Of a stretch of DNA of 64,000 bases, positions 18,590 to 28,676 are shown piece after piece. A program made the translations under genes and the position numbers. Source of the stretch: an uncultured bacterium (GTDB lineage Bacteria > Krumholzibacteriota > Krumholzibacteriia > Krumholzibacteriales > Krumholzibacteriaceae); the NCBI GenBank assembly GCA_963786935.1, contig CAWBAN010000003.1, positions 64,001-128,000 of the forward strand, written 5' to 3'. The notes beneath the pieces are model-generated. The model saw nothing but the letters and a program-made list of their open reading frames with translations, searched no databases and had not been told where the DNA came from. Position 1 is the stretch's first letter, and the number at the start of each line of letters is the position of its first letter.

Positions 18590-19393
18590 ATGAAGCACCT
18601 TTTCGATCATCGGCGGGAGATCGATGCGGCGCTCGATGGGAGGCGCCTCCTCCTGATGCTCGATTTCGACGGCACGCTGGCGCCCATTGCTTCGACTCCC
18701 GCCGAGGCGGCGATCCCCGCCGAGACGCGGAGCGAGCTCGTGCGGCTATCGAAGATCGCCTCGTGCACCGTCGCCGTCGTGAGCGGCAGGGCGCTCGGCG
18801 ACGTGCGCGACAAGGTGGGGATCGAAGGCATCACGTACGTCGGAAACCACGGGCTCGAGGTTGCGCGGCCGAACGAGGAGCCGCGTCTCCTCGCGCCGCC
18901 GCCGGCCGCGGCGTCGATGGAGCGGTTGCGGGAGCGTCTCGCGGCGGCGCTCGCGCCGTTCGAAGGGGTTCTCATCGAGGACAAGGGCGTCTCGATCGCC
19001 GTCCACCACCGGCTGGTCGGGGATGAGGACCGGACGCGCGTCAAGGAGACGGTTTACGAAACGGTGCGGGCGTCGGCGGGGGAGGGAGAGATCGAGATCG
19101 GCGCGGGGGCGATGGTGCTCGAGCTCAGGCCGCCGCTCGGCCGCGACAAAGGGACGATAGTTTCCGCCATACTCGACGGGGAGGCGAAGCGGGGCTGCGC
19201 CGCGTCGTCGTTCGCGATGTATCTCGGCGACGACGTCACGGACGAGGACGCCTTCAAAGCGCTTCGGGGGCGCGGATGGCCGGTCCTCGTCGGTCGGCCT
19301 CGAATCTCGTATGCGGAATATTACCTCCGCGATCCGCGCGAGGTGGGGGAGCTGCTGGCGATGCTCGCCGGGCGGTTCCCGGAAGCGGGGTGA
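18590..19393 (+). CDS. otsB: Trehalose-6-phosphate phosphatase (HAD family)
   Basis: LDFDGTLAPI, VSGR, GNHGLE, IEDKG, GDDVTDEDAF. Confidence 0.92.
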   Translation: MKHLFDHRREIDAALDGRRLLLMLDFDGTLAPIASTPAEAAIPAETRSELVRLSKIASCTVAVVSGRALGDVRDKVGIEGITYVGNHGLEVARPNEEPRLLAPPPAAASMERLRERLAAALAPFEGVLIEDKGVSIAVHHRLVGDEDRTRVKETVYETVRASAGEGEIEIGAGAMVLELRPPLGRDKGTIVSAILDGEAKRGCAASSFAMYLGDDVTDEDAFKALRGRGWPVLVGRPRISYAEYYLRDPREVGELLAMLAGRFPEAG

Positions 19394-19396
19394 CCC

Positions 19397-20068
19397 ATGG
19401 AGGCATTGAAACGGGCGGAGAAGCCGTTCCGGTTCAGCACGAGGCTTCACCTGACCGAGCTCATGGGGCTCCGGGCGCGGAATTTGCGCGAGATGCTCGA
19501 GAAGCTCCACGAAGTGCCGGGCTCGTGCATATACCATCACACGCACCGGTATCTCCAGCAGCATCAGTTTCTCTCTCCCGAGCCGCCCAACGACTTCGCG
19601 TACTGGGTCACCGAGATTCTCGGGGAGAGCGCGCTCGGGGAGAAGCTCGCGAGCATCGATACGGTCCGGCACCCGACGATCCGAAGCCTGCGGGAGAAGA
19701 TCGTCGGCACAATCGAGGAACATCTCGCGGCCGAGCTGTCCTCACGGCGCAGATTCGCGCGCGAGGGGGAGGAGTTCCATTTCATTAAATCCGTGAGCTT
19801 CATATTGCCGACCCCCTACGAGGCGTACGATCTGCGGGAACTGCACGATATACTCGGCAAGGTCACGGTCGACTCGATCTATTTTCATATGTTCGAAGCG
19901 CGGTTGCGCCTCGAGCGGGGCGCCAACGATTTCTCCTTCTGGATCGAGACATCGCTGGGCGATACAAAGCTCGCCGCCGACATCGCGCGCCTCGATCCGT
20001 ACACGCGGACCCTCGACAACCTGCGCAGGACGATCATGAAGCTCATCGAGCAAAGGATACCGGGATAG
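19397..20068 (+). CDS. DUF5752 family protein
   Basis: Two internal repeats (PFRF...SCIYHH...NDFAYW; EFHF...DSIYFH...NDFSFW); located directly upstream of treT. Confidence 0.8.
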   Translation: MEALKRAEKPFRFSTRLHLTELMGLRARNLREMLEKLHEVPGSCIYHHTHRYLQQHQFLSPEPPNDFAYWVTEILGESALGEKLASIDTVRHPTIRSLREKIVGTIEEHLAAELSSRRRFAREGEEFHFIKSVSFILPTPYEAYDLRELHDILGKVTVDSIYFHMFEARLRLERGANDFSFWIETSLGDTKLAADIARLDPYTRTLDNLRRTIMKLIEQRIPG

Positions 20069-20069
20069 C

Positions 20070-21284
20070 ATGCCGCGCATCGATGAATATGCCCCCATCG
20101 TCGGTCAATCGATCGTCGACGATCTGCGTCTCCTCGGCCGGAAGCTCGAGGGGAAGATTGTCCAGCATATCAACTCGACCTCCGTCGGCGGCGGTGTCGC
20201 GGAGATACTGAACCGCATGGTTCCGCTCCTGCGCGATCTCGGTGTCGACACCCGCTGGGACCTCATCAAGGGAGGGGAGCAGTTCTTCGCCGTCACCAAG
20301 AAGTTTCATAACGCGCTCCACGGGCGGCCGCACGATCTTACCCCGCGTGACTTCGAGATCTTCCGCGAGACGAGCGCCGAGAACGTCCGGGACGTGGACA
20401 TCCACGGCGATATCGTCTTTATCCACGATCCGCAGCCGATCGCCCTCGTCGAGCGCCGGAACGACAACAAATGGCTCTGGCGCTGCCATGTCGACGTGTC
20501 GAATCCGGATCGGAAGGTATGGAGATTCCTCCGCGCGTACATCGACCGCTACGATTCGGCGGTCTTCTCGTCGCCGGCATTCTCCCCGCGGATTCCCATC
20601 AGGCAGTTCCTCATCGCGCCCTCGATCGATCCGCTCAGCGACAAGAACAGGGACCTGCCGGACGAGACGGTCGACGCCGTGCTCGTGAAGTACGGCGTTC
20701 CCCGTGACAAGCCGATCGTGACCCAGATCTCCCGCTTCGATCGCCTGAAGGATCCGGTCGGCGTGATCGAGGCGTACACGCAGGTGAAGCGGTACATCGA
20801 CTGCCGGCTGATTCTCGCGGGGGGCTCCGCGACGGACGATCCCGAGGGAGCGATGGTCCTTCAAGAAGTGAACGAGCGGGCGGCGAACGATCCCGAGATC
20901 CACGTGCTCCTCCTGCCGCAGAACGACCTCGAGGTCAACGCGCTTCAGCGCGCCTCGACCGTCATCGTTCAGAAATCGCTCAGGGAGGGCTTCGGCCTCA
21001 CCGTGGCGGAGGCGCTCTGGAAGGGAAAGCCCGTCGTCGCCTCCAACGTGGGAGGGATCCCGCTCCAGGTGACGCACAAGTACTCGGGGCTCCTCTGCCA
21101 TTCGGTCGAAGGAGCCGCCTTCGCGATCAAGCAGCTCCTGAGCAGCCCCGAGTATGCCCGCAGGCTCGGCGAGAACGGGCGGGAGCATGTGCGCAACAAT
21201 TTCCTGCTCACGCGCCATCTGCGGGATTACATGCTGCTGTTCCTCTCGCTCTATCATCCCGGCGACGTCGTCCACCTCGATTGA
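20070..21284 (+). CDS. treT: Trehalose synthase TreT-like GT4 glycosyltransferase
   Basis: HINSTSVGGGVAEIL, TKKFHNALHG, IHDPQP, WRCHVD, SRFDRLKD, REGFGLTVAEALWK. Confidence 0.9.
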   Translation: MPRIDEYAPIVGQSIVDDLRLLGRKLEGKIVQHINSTSVGGGVAEILNRMVPLLRDLGVDTRWDLIKGGEQFFAVTKKFHNALHGRPHDLTPRDFEIFRETSAENVRDVDIHGDIVFIHDPQPIALVERRNDNKWLWRCHVDVSNPDRKVWRFLRAYIDRYDSAVFSSPAFSPRIPIRQFLIAPSIDPLSDKNRDLPDETVDAVLVKYGVPRDKPIVTQISRFDRLKDPVGVIEAYTQVKRYIDCRLILAGGSATDDPEGAMVLQEVNERAANDPEIHVLLLPQNDLEVNALQRASTVIVQKSLREGFGLTVAEALWKGKPVVASNVGGIPLQVTHKYSGLLCHSVEGAAFAIKQLLSSPEYARRLGENGREHVRNNFLLTRHLRDYMLLFLSLYHPGDVVHLD

Positions 21285-21309
21285 CACGGCGCCTTCCGCC
21301 GATTATATT
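21281..21309 (+). promoter_or_regulatory. Sigma70-type promoter overlapping the treT stop codon
   Basis: TTGACA(21281-21286)-17-TATATT(21304-21309). Confidence 0.6.
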
Positions 21310-21376
21310 GATTTCGGGACACCACCACCAAACGCCTGTCGACAGAGGGCCTCCAATCGAGAAAGGGAGGGGAGTC

Positions 21377-21961
21377 ATGAAGACACTGCTCTCAGTCATG
21401 ATCCTTGTCGCTATCATGGCCGGCAGCGCCTGCGCATGCGACGGCATGCTGTCGCTCTACGCGGATCAGTCGGCGACCCAGTGCTCCGCCGCGCTCGCAT
21501 GCTGCCAGAGCCTGCCGATGTACCTCATGTACGTCCGGGGGGATGGGCCGGAGATCGCGCCCGGGATGGCCTTCAAGCTGGAGAAATCGTCGGGGGGTGT
21601 TGCGTTCCTCGAGCCCGAATGGCCCGGGGCGTTCATGACCTACGGCAGCCTCCAGGGGGGCATCGACGTCGTCGTCAGATGCGGCGAGGATTGGTGCTCG
21701 GGCGCCGAGACCGTCTCCTACATGGGGACGATTCCGGTCGTGAACTTCTCCGAGACGGGCACATTCACCGTGAAGGTGGCGGATTCGCCGAACTATAACG
21801 GGGTGATCGTCCTGTTGTGCCAGCCGGCCTATCCGATGTATCACGCGATCGGCGGCACGTTCGTCTTCAACGGCGAATGCAGCACCGCGGACGATCCGTA
21901 CGGCACGAAGCTCGCCGTCGAGACGACGAGCTGGGGCGGCATCAAGAGCCTCTTCGAGTAA
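21377..21961 (+). CDS. Secreted protein with GxLxLYAD domain and C-terminal VETTSWGGIKSLFE tail
   Basis: Signal peptide MKTLLSVMIL...ACA, GGAGGGGAG SD, Cys-rich body, distinctive terminal motif. Confidence 0.8.
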   Translation: MKTLLSVMILVAIMAGSACACDGMLSLYADQSATQCSAALACCQSLPMYLMYVRGDGPEIAPGMAFKLEKSSGGVAFLEPEWPGAFMTYGSLQGGIDVVVRCGEDWCSGAETVSYMGTIPVVNFSETGTFTVKVADSPNYNGVIVLLCQPAYPMYHAIGGTFVFNGECSTADDPYGTKLAVETTSWGGIKSLFE

Positions 21962-22085
21962 ACCTGCAGCCGCCCCGGGGCGATCCGGGGCGGCACATCG
22001 AATCGATCGCTTTCATCAAAATATCATGACAGAATCGCCCCACCTTCTTCGTCTTATTACCGCAGCACGGACGAGGGAGGAATCC

Positions 22086-22607
22086 ATGGACATCGATCGA
22101 CGGCTCGTCGACGCGTGTCGCGGCGGAGACGCCGAAGCGTACGCCGGGCTTGTGAAGCGCTACTCGAGGAGCGTCTTCGCGGTCTGCCTCGGCACCTTGG
22201 GGAACGTTCAGGACGCCGAGGACGTCTCGCAGGAGACCTTCATCAAAGGTCTCGCCCGCATCGGCCAGCTGCGGGACGGCGCTCAGTTCGGCCCGTGGCT
22301 CACGAAGGTCGCCCGCAACCTGTGCCTCGATTACGTGCGAAGGAAGAAGCGAGGCGCGGAGATCGTCGCCCTCTCGGGCGGCGATCGACGGAGCCCGGGG
22401 GACGAGCACGCCGATCTTCGCGAGGCGATCGCCAGGCTGTCCGAAAAAAACCGGCTCCCTCTCATGCTGTACTATTTCGACGGCCGGAGCTCGGAGCACG
22501 TCGCCAGCGCCCTCGGGATTTCGACGGACGGCGCCCTCACGAGACTGAGCCGCGCCCGGAAGGAGCTCAGGAAATTGATCGATTCGGAAGAGGTGTCCCA
22601 TGAATAG
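22086..22607 (+). CDS. ECF RNA polymerase sigma factor
   Basis: DAEDVSQETF, FGPWLTKVARNLCLD, region 4 ...TRLSRARKELRK; GGAGG SD. Confidence 0.9.
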   Translation: MDIDRRLVDACRGGDAEAYAGLVKRYSRSVFAVCLGTLGNVQDAEDVSQETFIKGLARIGQLRDGAQFGPWLTKVARNLCLDYVRRKKRGAEIVALSGGDRRSPGDEHADLREAIARLSEKNRLPLMLYYFDGRSSEHVASALGISTDGALTRLSRARKELRKLIDSEEVSHE

Positions 22608-24024
22608 AGAATGCAAGAGAGCCAGGGGCGATATCGAGCGGTCCTCCATCGAGCCTCTCGCGCGGGAGCGGCAGAATGAAATCGACGCGCATGTCGAGCG
22701 CTGCGCCGCCTGCCGAGAATATCTCGAAGCGATGCGCGGGGACGAGCGGGCGCTGATGAATTTCACGAGCTCGATGGATCCTTCCGTTGAAAGGATCGAA
22801 TGGGAGTCCATCCGCGCCGCGGCGTGCGGCGTCGCGGCCGAACCGGTCGAACGCGCGCGGGCCTGGAGGCGAATCACAGGATCAAGAATCGCCGTTTATG
22901 CTGCTGCTGCGGTCGCTCTCGTCGCCGTGCTCTGGGGGCTCAACCATTATACCGGCGTCTTCGTGGGTGAGCCCGCCTTCGCCGACGTCATGGCGAAGAT
23001 CAATACGGCGGAGAACGTGACGTTCCGCCAGATCATGAGGATCGAGGGGGGAGAGCCATGGACGACGGAGAACATGGCGACGGATACGGGTGTCCTGCGC
23101 TGGACGCTCGGGGGGAACGTCAACATCATGGATTTCAATAAGGGGATCGATCTTACTATGAGTCCATCCGAGAAGCGGGCGACCCTCGTCCGCCGCGTTG
23201 GTCGACCGCCTCGCAAGGGATTATTCAACTACGTGAGCTTTATCTCGACTCTCCACAACGGTCCGTCGGGGAAATTCGTCGGCCGCGAGAAGATCGACGG
23301 CTTCGACGCGAACGTCTTCGCGGTCAAGGACGGTGATTTTCTGTCGATCCGGATATGGGCGGACCCAAAAACGAATCTCCCCCTCCGGGTGATTTGGACG
23401 ATGAAGCACAATCCGGAGCTGGACGTCACCGTACCGAGGATCTCCGTGTACGAGCGCGATTTCGGCGGAGATGTAAGGGTCTCGTGCATACTAACCAGAA
23501 GCGGCACGGGCGGCATTGCGCAGAGTACGGAGATGACGTTCGAGAATTTCGAATGGAACGAGAAGCTCGATCCGGATCTCTTCAGCGTGACGCCGCCGCC
23601 GGGCTACACCGTGAACGAGCAGGATCTCGACGATTCGTACGAGGGGGAGAAGGATCTCGTCGACGCTCTCTCCTTCTGGGCGTCGATGTCGCAGAAGAGC
23701 TTTCCCGAGCAGATCGCCGATTTGTGCGCGGAGGAGAAAGTTCGGCCGAAGCTCATCGAAGCGTACGACAAGCAGGGCGATCCGCATAAGGAATATCAAG
23801 AGGCGCTGACCGCGGCCGGGCTGCTGCTCGACGGTCTCTATTTTTCACAGGACATGAAGGGAAACGGGGACTGGCACTACGCCGGCTCCGGCGTGAAGCT
23901 CGGCGACAAGAGCACGTCCGTCTGCTGGTGGAAGCCAGAGGGCTCGTCGAAATACCGGATACTCTACGGCGACTTGCGTCTGGCCGACATCGACGAGGCG
24001 GATTTGCCCAAGGAGTCCCGGTGA
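22600..24024 (+). CDS. Putative anti-sigma factor (zf-HC2, TM helix, LolA-like extracytoplasmic domain)
   Basis: HVERCAAC zinc motif, one TM helix, IRIWADPKTNLPLRV and FEWNEKLDPDLFSVTPPPGY LolA-like motifs; overlaps the sigma gene. Confidence 0.8.
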   Translation: MNRECKRARGDIERSSIEPLARERQNEIDAHVERCAACREYLEAMRGDERALMNFTSSMDPSVERIEWESIRAAACGVAAEPVERARAWRRITGSRIAVYAAAAVALVAVLWGLNHYTGVFVGEPAFADVMAKINTAENVTFRQIMRIEGGEPWTTENMATDTGVLRWTLGGNVNIMDFNKGIDLTMSPSEKRATLVRRVGRPPRKGLFNYVSFISTLHNGPSGKFVGREKIDGFDANVFAVKDGDFLSIRIWADPKTNLPLRVIWTMKHNPELDVTVPRISVYERDFGGDVRVSCILTRSGTGGIAQSTEMTFENFEWNEKLDPDLFSVTPPPGYTVNEQDLDDSYEGEKDLVDALSFWASMSQKSFPEQIADLCAEEKVRPKLIEAYDKQGDPHKEYQEALTAAGLLLDGLYFSQDMKGNGDWHYAGSGVKLGDKSTSVCWWKPEGSSKYRILYGDLRLADIDEADLPKESR

Positions 24025-24033
24025 AGCGCGGTC

Positions 24034-26852
24034 CTATCGGAGCAGGACCAATTTGCGGGAACGCATTTCCTTTCCCGCCTGTAGACGGCAGAAGTAAATG
24101 CCCGAGGCAGCCGGTTTCCCGAGACTGTCCCGTCCGTTCCACATGAGCGTGTGATGGCCCGCCGGCTGATCCCGGTCGGCGAGAGTCGCGATCGTCCTCC
24201 CGGCCGCGTCATATATCTCGACCTTCACGCGGCATCTCTCGGGCAGGTAGTAGCGGATCGTCGTCGAGGGGTTGAACGGGTTCGGGACATTCTGGGAGAG
24301 CGTGAGGGGGAGCCTCGGCGTCGAGAGAATCTCCGTTTCGAAGAGCGTGCGGCTTCCGTTTGCGTCCGATATCCGCACCTGGTAACGGTACTGCGCTCCG
24401 GCTTCGACGGCATTATCGACGAAGCCGAACGAGAGACCGTCACGAGAAATCGCGGGAGTGATTGCTTCCCATATCGGATCGGCGGCGCCGCCATCGCGGG
24501 CGTCGGTGCGCGAGATTTCGAACGCGGCGCCCTCGTCGAGCTGCGAAAGCTGCCACGAAACCCTGATTCCGGTCTCGGTCGGGCCTGCCTCGAAATTCAT
24601 GAGCTCCGTCGCGACGAGCGGCCCGCGGGAGATCGAGATCTTCCGCGCGAAGATGTCCCAATTTCCCGTCCGGCTGTCGCGCCACGCGAGGAGCGCGTTG
24701 CCCGAGACATCGGGGGCGAGGAACAGATTCGTTTGATCGTCGTTGCTGACCATGGCGTGCGCGCCATAATCGTAATCATTCCAGAGAGCGTTGCCCGTCG
24801 AATCGACCTTGCTCATGAATATGTCGCTGCCCAGCTGATTCTGCGTGACCAACTCCGATCCGTTGAAGTGCCGGATCACGTGAGGCTTGCCGGATATCCA
24901 GATGTCGCTTCCGGCCGTGCCCCACACGCCGTACAGCTTGTTCGTCGAGGCCGGTTCGACGGTCGCATAGGTGCCGTCCCAGTGGGCGAGGAAGCCGCTC
25001 TCGAACACGCCGTAGACATTGGTCGTATCCGTTCCCCAGAGACTGAAGCCCATCCCGACCGATCCGAGACTGATGGTTCTCCATCCGCTCCCGTAGCGGA
25101 TGAGCAATTTGTCGGAGGCGCCCGCGAAAACGCGATTGTCCGGGCCCACCCAGACGCTGTGCAGTACCCCGGGCGTCGTCATGACGATCTTGTTCCACGT
25201 CGTTCCGTCGTAATGAAGGGTGAGGCAATAGCTGTCCTGCGTGCCGACCACGTAGATGTCGGAGCTCGAAGTGCCGTGAACGCCGTACAGGTCGCATGTC
25301 GTGCCATACGGGGATTGCACCCAAGAGGATCCGTTCCAGTGATACATCTGCTTGGCCGTGCCGACCGCCCAGACGTCGCCCGGTCCCGAGCCCCAGACGC
25401 CGTAGAGCTGCGTAACGGACTTTGTGTACGTCTCGAGGTGCCATGCAGCGCCGTTGTAGTGGATGATCGTGCAGTCCGCGCCGACTGCATATACGTTGCC
25501 ATGGCTCGTTCCCCAGACGCCGTGCAGATGTTTCGTCGTCGGTGAGCTCATCATCGTCCATTTCACGCCGTCGAAATGAACGATGAGCCCGTTATCGCCG
25601 ACGGCGAAAATGTCGCTCGCCGAGAAGCCCCATATGCCGCATATGATGCTGTTCTGCGGCTGGGGGACGACCCGTTCCCACGCGAACACGGCTCCGCCCT
25701 CTCCGTCGGGAATCGCGAGGGCGTTTCGGCACTGATTGCGGGCATCGGAGAGCCGCTTTCCGTTCATGTCCCAAACCGGCGCGCCCGCCTGATCGATGCG
25801 TTGGGCGAAGAGCGTCCCGACGCCGCCGACGGGCATGACCCAGTGGACGATCGCGCTCTTCGAAGGCCCCTCCGTGACGCGGATCTCGCTCTTCGTCCCG
25901 CCGGTCGCGCACACGGGGACTCCATCGGGCGCCCACACGGCGCCGCCCGATGCGTCGAGCCTCTGCGCATAGATGTACGTGCTCACCCGATCGTCGAACC
26001 AGGCGACAAAAGCCCCCCGGCTCCGTCGGACGCGATGCGGGGGGTCGACTGGTTCGCCGTGTACGAGATGACGGTGGCGCCGCTGTCGCCCCAGAGGCGG
26101 TTCCCGCCGATATCCATCTTCTGGGCGAAGACATCGGAGCTCGCGGTTCTCCTGCCGGCCCATGCAACGATGAGATCGCCGGATTCGTTGCGGATCGCCG
26201 AGTAACTGCTCAATACGTCGTCCTCGAGGTATACGGCGGCCGGAGCAGGACCCCAGAGCCGGTTGCCGTCCGCGTCGATCCGCTGCGCCAGGACATGATA
26301 ATCGCTCCAGTAATTGCAGCCCCACGGCTCCCAGTAGAGGGTGCCGTTCCTCCAGAGAAGGATCACGCCGCCTGCGCCGTCGGGGAACATCCGAAGATCG
26401 AGCTCGCTCCCGTTGCCGGTTTCCGTCGTGATCCGCATGCTCCACAGGATCGAGCCGGCCGCGTCGAGCCTTTCGACATACATCCGCGAGCTGGCGAGCG
26501 GGCAATCGAACGTGCCGATCCCGACGTCTCTCCGGAACGCGACGAAGACGCCCCCCGCGCCGTCAGGCTGTATGGCTTCATCCACACCCGACACCGTCGC
26601 TTCGACGCCGTTGGCCGTCCAGAGCGGCGTCCCTTCCGAACCGAATTTCTGAGCGTATATACCTCTCCTGTAGTCCTCCCAGGCGACGAAGGAGCCTCCC
26701 GTGCCGTCCGCGACGATGACCGGATCCTGCTGATACTTGGGATCAGTGCAGACGGGGATATCCTCCTGCAGCCAGCCTGCGCGGAGCGAGGGCGTCCCGA
26801 TGATGGATAGCGCGAGAATGAAAAGGAAGGGGAGTCGATACGGTCGTTTCAT
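24034..26852 (-). pseudogene. Large secreted beta-repeat protein with FlgD/T9SS-type C-terminal domain, split by a 1-nt frameshift near 26015 (probably a sequencing artefact)
   Basis: 5' ORF 25983-26852 (signal peptide, DGxGGxxxxW...AQR.D..G...W repeats) continues in the frame of 24034-26505 (WGxxxxDVYAVG repeats, QNVPNPFNP). One more G in the G6 run restores DGAGGAFVAWFDDR. Confidence 0.8.
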
Positions 26853-27055
26853 GGCGGCGCCTCCGCGCGCGGCACGTGGGCGGTTTCCGTTTCTGCCCGC
26901 GCGGAATTCGCCGGGTAACGGTTCGCTCGTCCGCTCGATGTGCCGAATGTTCGCTTCAATAGCAGAGGTGCCGGTATCTTCCCCTTATGATGCGCCGGAA
27001 TCCCGAGATCCGATGGAATCCGACCTTGATATTGTAGCAGATCGCCGCCGGCGCG

Positions 27056-27388
27056 TCAATCATGAACGTCCGGCTCCGGCGCGGCCGGTTCGAGCGTGAC
27101 GACCGTCGCGCCCCAGCCCCCTTCGTCCTCCATCGCCGTTTTGTACGAGACGACTCCGGGGAGCTTCGAGAGGATCGAAAGGACCGAACGCTTGAGGGCG
27201 CCGGTCCCCTTGCCGTGGATGATCCGCACCCGGAGAATCCCCTTCTCGCGGCACATGTCGAGGTAGTGGGGCACGAGATCCCTGACGTCCCCCGGCTGGA
27301 ACTGATGCAGATCGAGAATGCCGTCGATCGGGATTTCCAACGGATCGCCTTCATCGCGCGGATTCTCTTCGTCGCCGTCCATGTCCAT
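27056..27388 (-). CDS. Stand-alone Smr/MutS2 C-terminal domain protein
   Basis: LDLHQF, VRIIHGKGTGAL, GGWGATVV. Confidence 0.88.
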   Translation of the reverse strand: MDMDGDEENPRDEGDPLEIPIDGILDLHQFQPGDVRDLVPHYLDMCREKGILRVRIIHGKGTGALKRSVLSILSKLPGVVSYKTAMEDEGGWGATVVTLEPAAPEPDVHD

Positions 27389-27538
27389 GCGGACAATTAT
27401 TCATCTGGACTTCGCCGATTTCTAGTGCTAATTTCCCATGAAACGATGGGGGGAAGCGCCTCCCTGCACGGATACAAGGCGGGACGCCGGTCGCAGCGGC
27501 CAGCGTCTCATTTTTCTTTCAAATGGAGGGATCGACGC

Positions 27539-28570
27539 ATGAGATCTTTAGTGGCATTCACGATATTTCTCGCGATCGCGCTCGCCTTTTCGGTGACCGG
27601 CTGCTCGAAGAAGGGGAAGGGCGGCTCGGGGGCGGACAGCGTGGCCGCCGCCAAGGCGGAGGCCGCGAAGACGGTCGTCGCGAAGATCGGCAGCAAATCG
27701 GTCACGCTGCTCGACGTTCAGCGTCAGGAAACGATGCTCACGCAGCAGCTCCAGGGCTACGCCGACTCCGCGCAGATCATCGCGATGAAGCCCACGATCC
27801 AGAAGCAGGCGTTCAACAACGCGGTGAACAGGGTCCTCCTCGAGAACGCCCTCGCGACAACCGGCGCCAAGGCCGACGAGAAGACGATCGCCGAGCGGCT
27901 CGACTATTACCGCAAGAACTTCGTTTCGGACGAGGCGTACAACGCCGATCTCGCGAAGAAGGATATGACGCCGGAAGATTTCCGGCACGAGATCGAGATC
28001 GGTATCATGGCCGAGGAGCTCTTCAACAAGCGCACGGCGACTATCCCGGCGGTGAGCGACAAGGAAGCGCGCGCGTTCTACGACGCCAACAAGGATCGTT
28101 TCATGCAGCCGGAGCGTGTGAAGGCGAGCCACATTCTCCTCACGGTGGACAAGGCCGCGTCCGATTCGCTCCGCGCGGCGAAGAAGGCCGAAGCCCAGCG
28201 CATTCTCGGCGAGCTCAAGAAGGGGGCCGATTTCGCCGATATGGCCCGGAAATACTCCGACTGCCCGAGCAAGCAGCAGGGCGGAGATCTCGGTTTCTTC
28301 CAGCGGGGACAGATGGTGCCCGAGTTCGAGAACGCGGCGTTCGCCCTCAAGCCGGGGCAGATGAGCGGCATCGTGGAGACGCAGTTCGGCTATCACATCA
28401 TCAAGACGGCCGAGTACGCCAAGCCGAGCACCGTCCCCTTCGATGAGGCGAAGCAGAATATCGTGCAGTACCTGTCGGAGCAGAAGAAGCAGCAGGCGCT
28501 CACGGCGTATTTCGACAGCCTGCGCGCGGCGTCGAACATGCAGGTCATGGACTCGAGCTTCGTGCGCTGA
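27539..28570 (+). CDS. PpiC-type peptidyl-prolyl isomerase lipoprotein (PrsA/SurA-like)
   Basis: Lipobox VTG-C, VKASHIL, SDCPSKQQGGDLGFF, VETQFGYHII; GGAGG SD. Confidence 0.9.
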   Translation: MRSLVAFTIFLAIALAFSVTGCSKKGKGGSGADSVAAAKAEAAKTVVAKIGSKSVTLLDVQRQETMLTQQLQGYADSAQIIAMKPTIQKQAFNNAVNRVLLENALATTGAKADEKTIAERLDYYRKNFVSDEAYNADLAKKDMTPEDFRHEIEIGIMAEELFNKRTATIPAVSDKEARAFYDANKDRFMQPERVKASHILLTVDKAASDSLRAAKKAEAQRILGELKKGADFADMARKYSDCPSKQQGGDLGFFQRGQMVPEFENAAFALKPGQMSGIVETQFGYHIIKTAEYAKPSTVPFDEAKQNIVQYLSEQKKQQALTAYFDSLRAASNMQVMDSSFVR

Positions 28571-28597
28571 TTTTCGCGGAATCCGCGACGCAATGCG

Positions 28598-28629
28598 AAG
28601 GCGCCCTCCCCGGGGGAGGGCGCCTTTTT
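28598..28629 (+). terminator. Rho-independent terminator
   Basis: AAGGCGCCCTCCC stem pairing with GGGAGGGCGCCTT, followed by a T run. Confidence 0.8.
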
Positions 28630-28676
28630 CGTCAGAGGCTGACCGCGGCCTGCGCGGGACGGCGCGAACGGATCGA

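Noticed and set aside
21969..21994. GC hairpin after the 21377-21961 gene as a REP element or ncRNA
   Set aside because: Single copy with no similarity to other hairpins; most simply a terminator-like or stability stem
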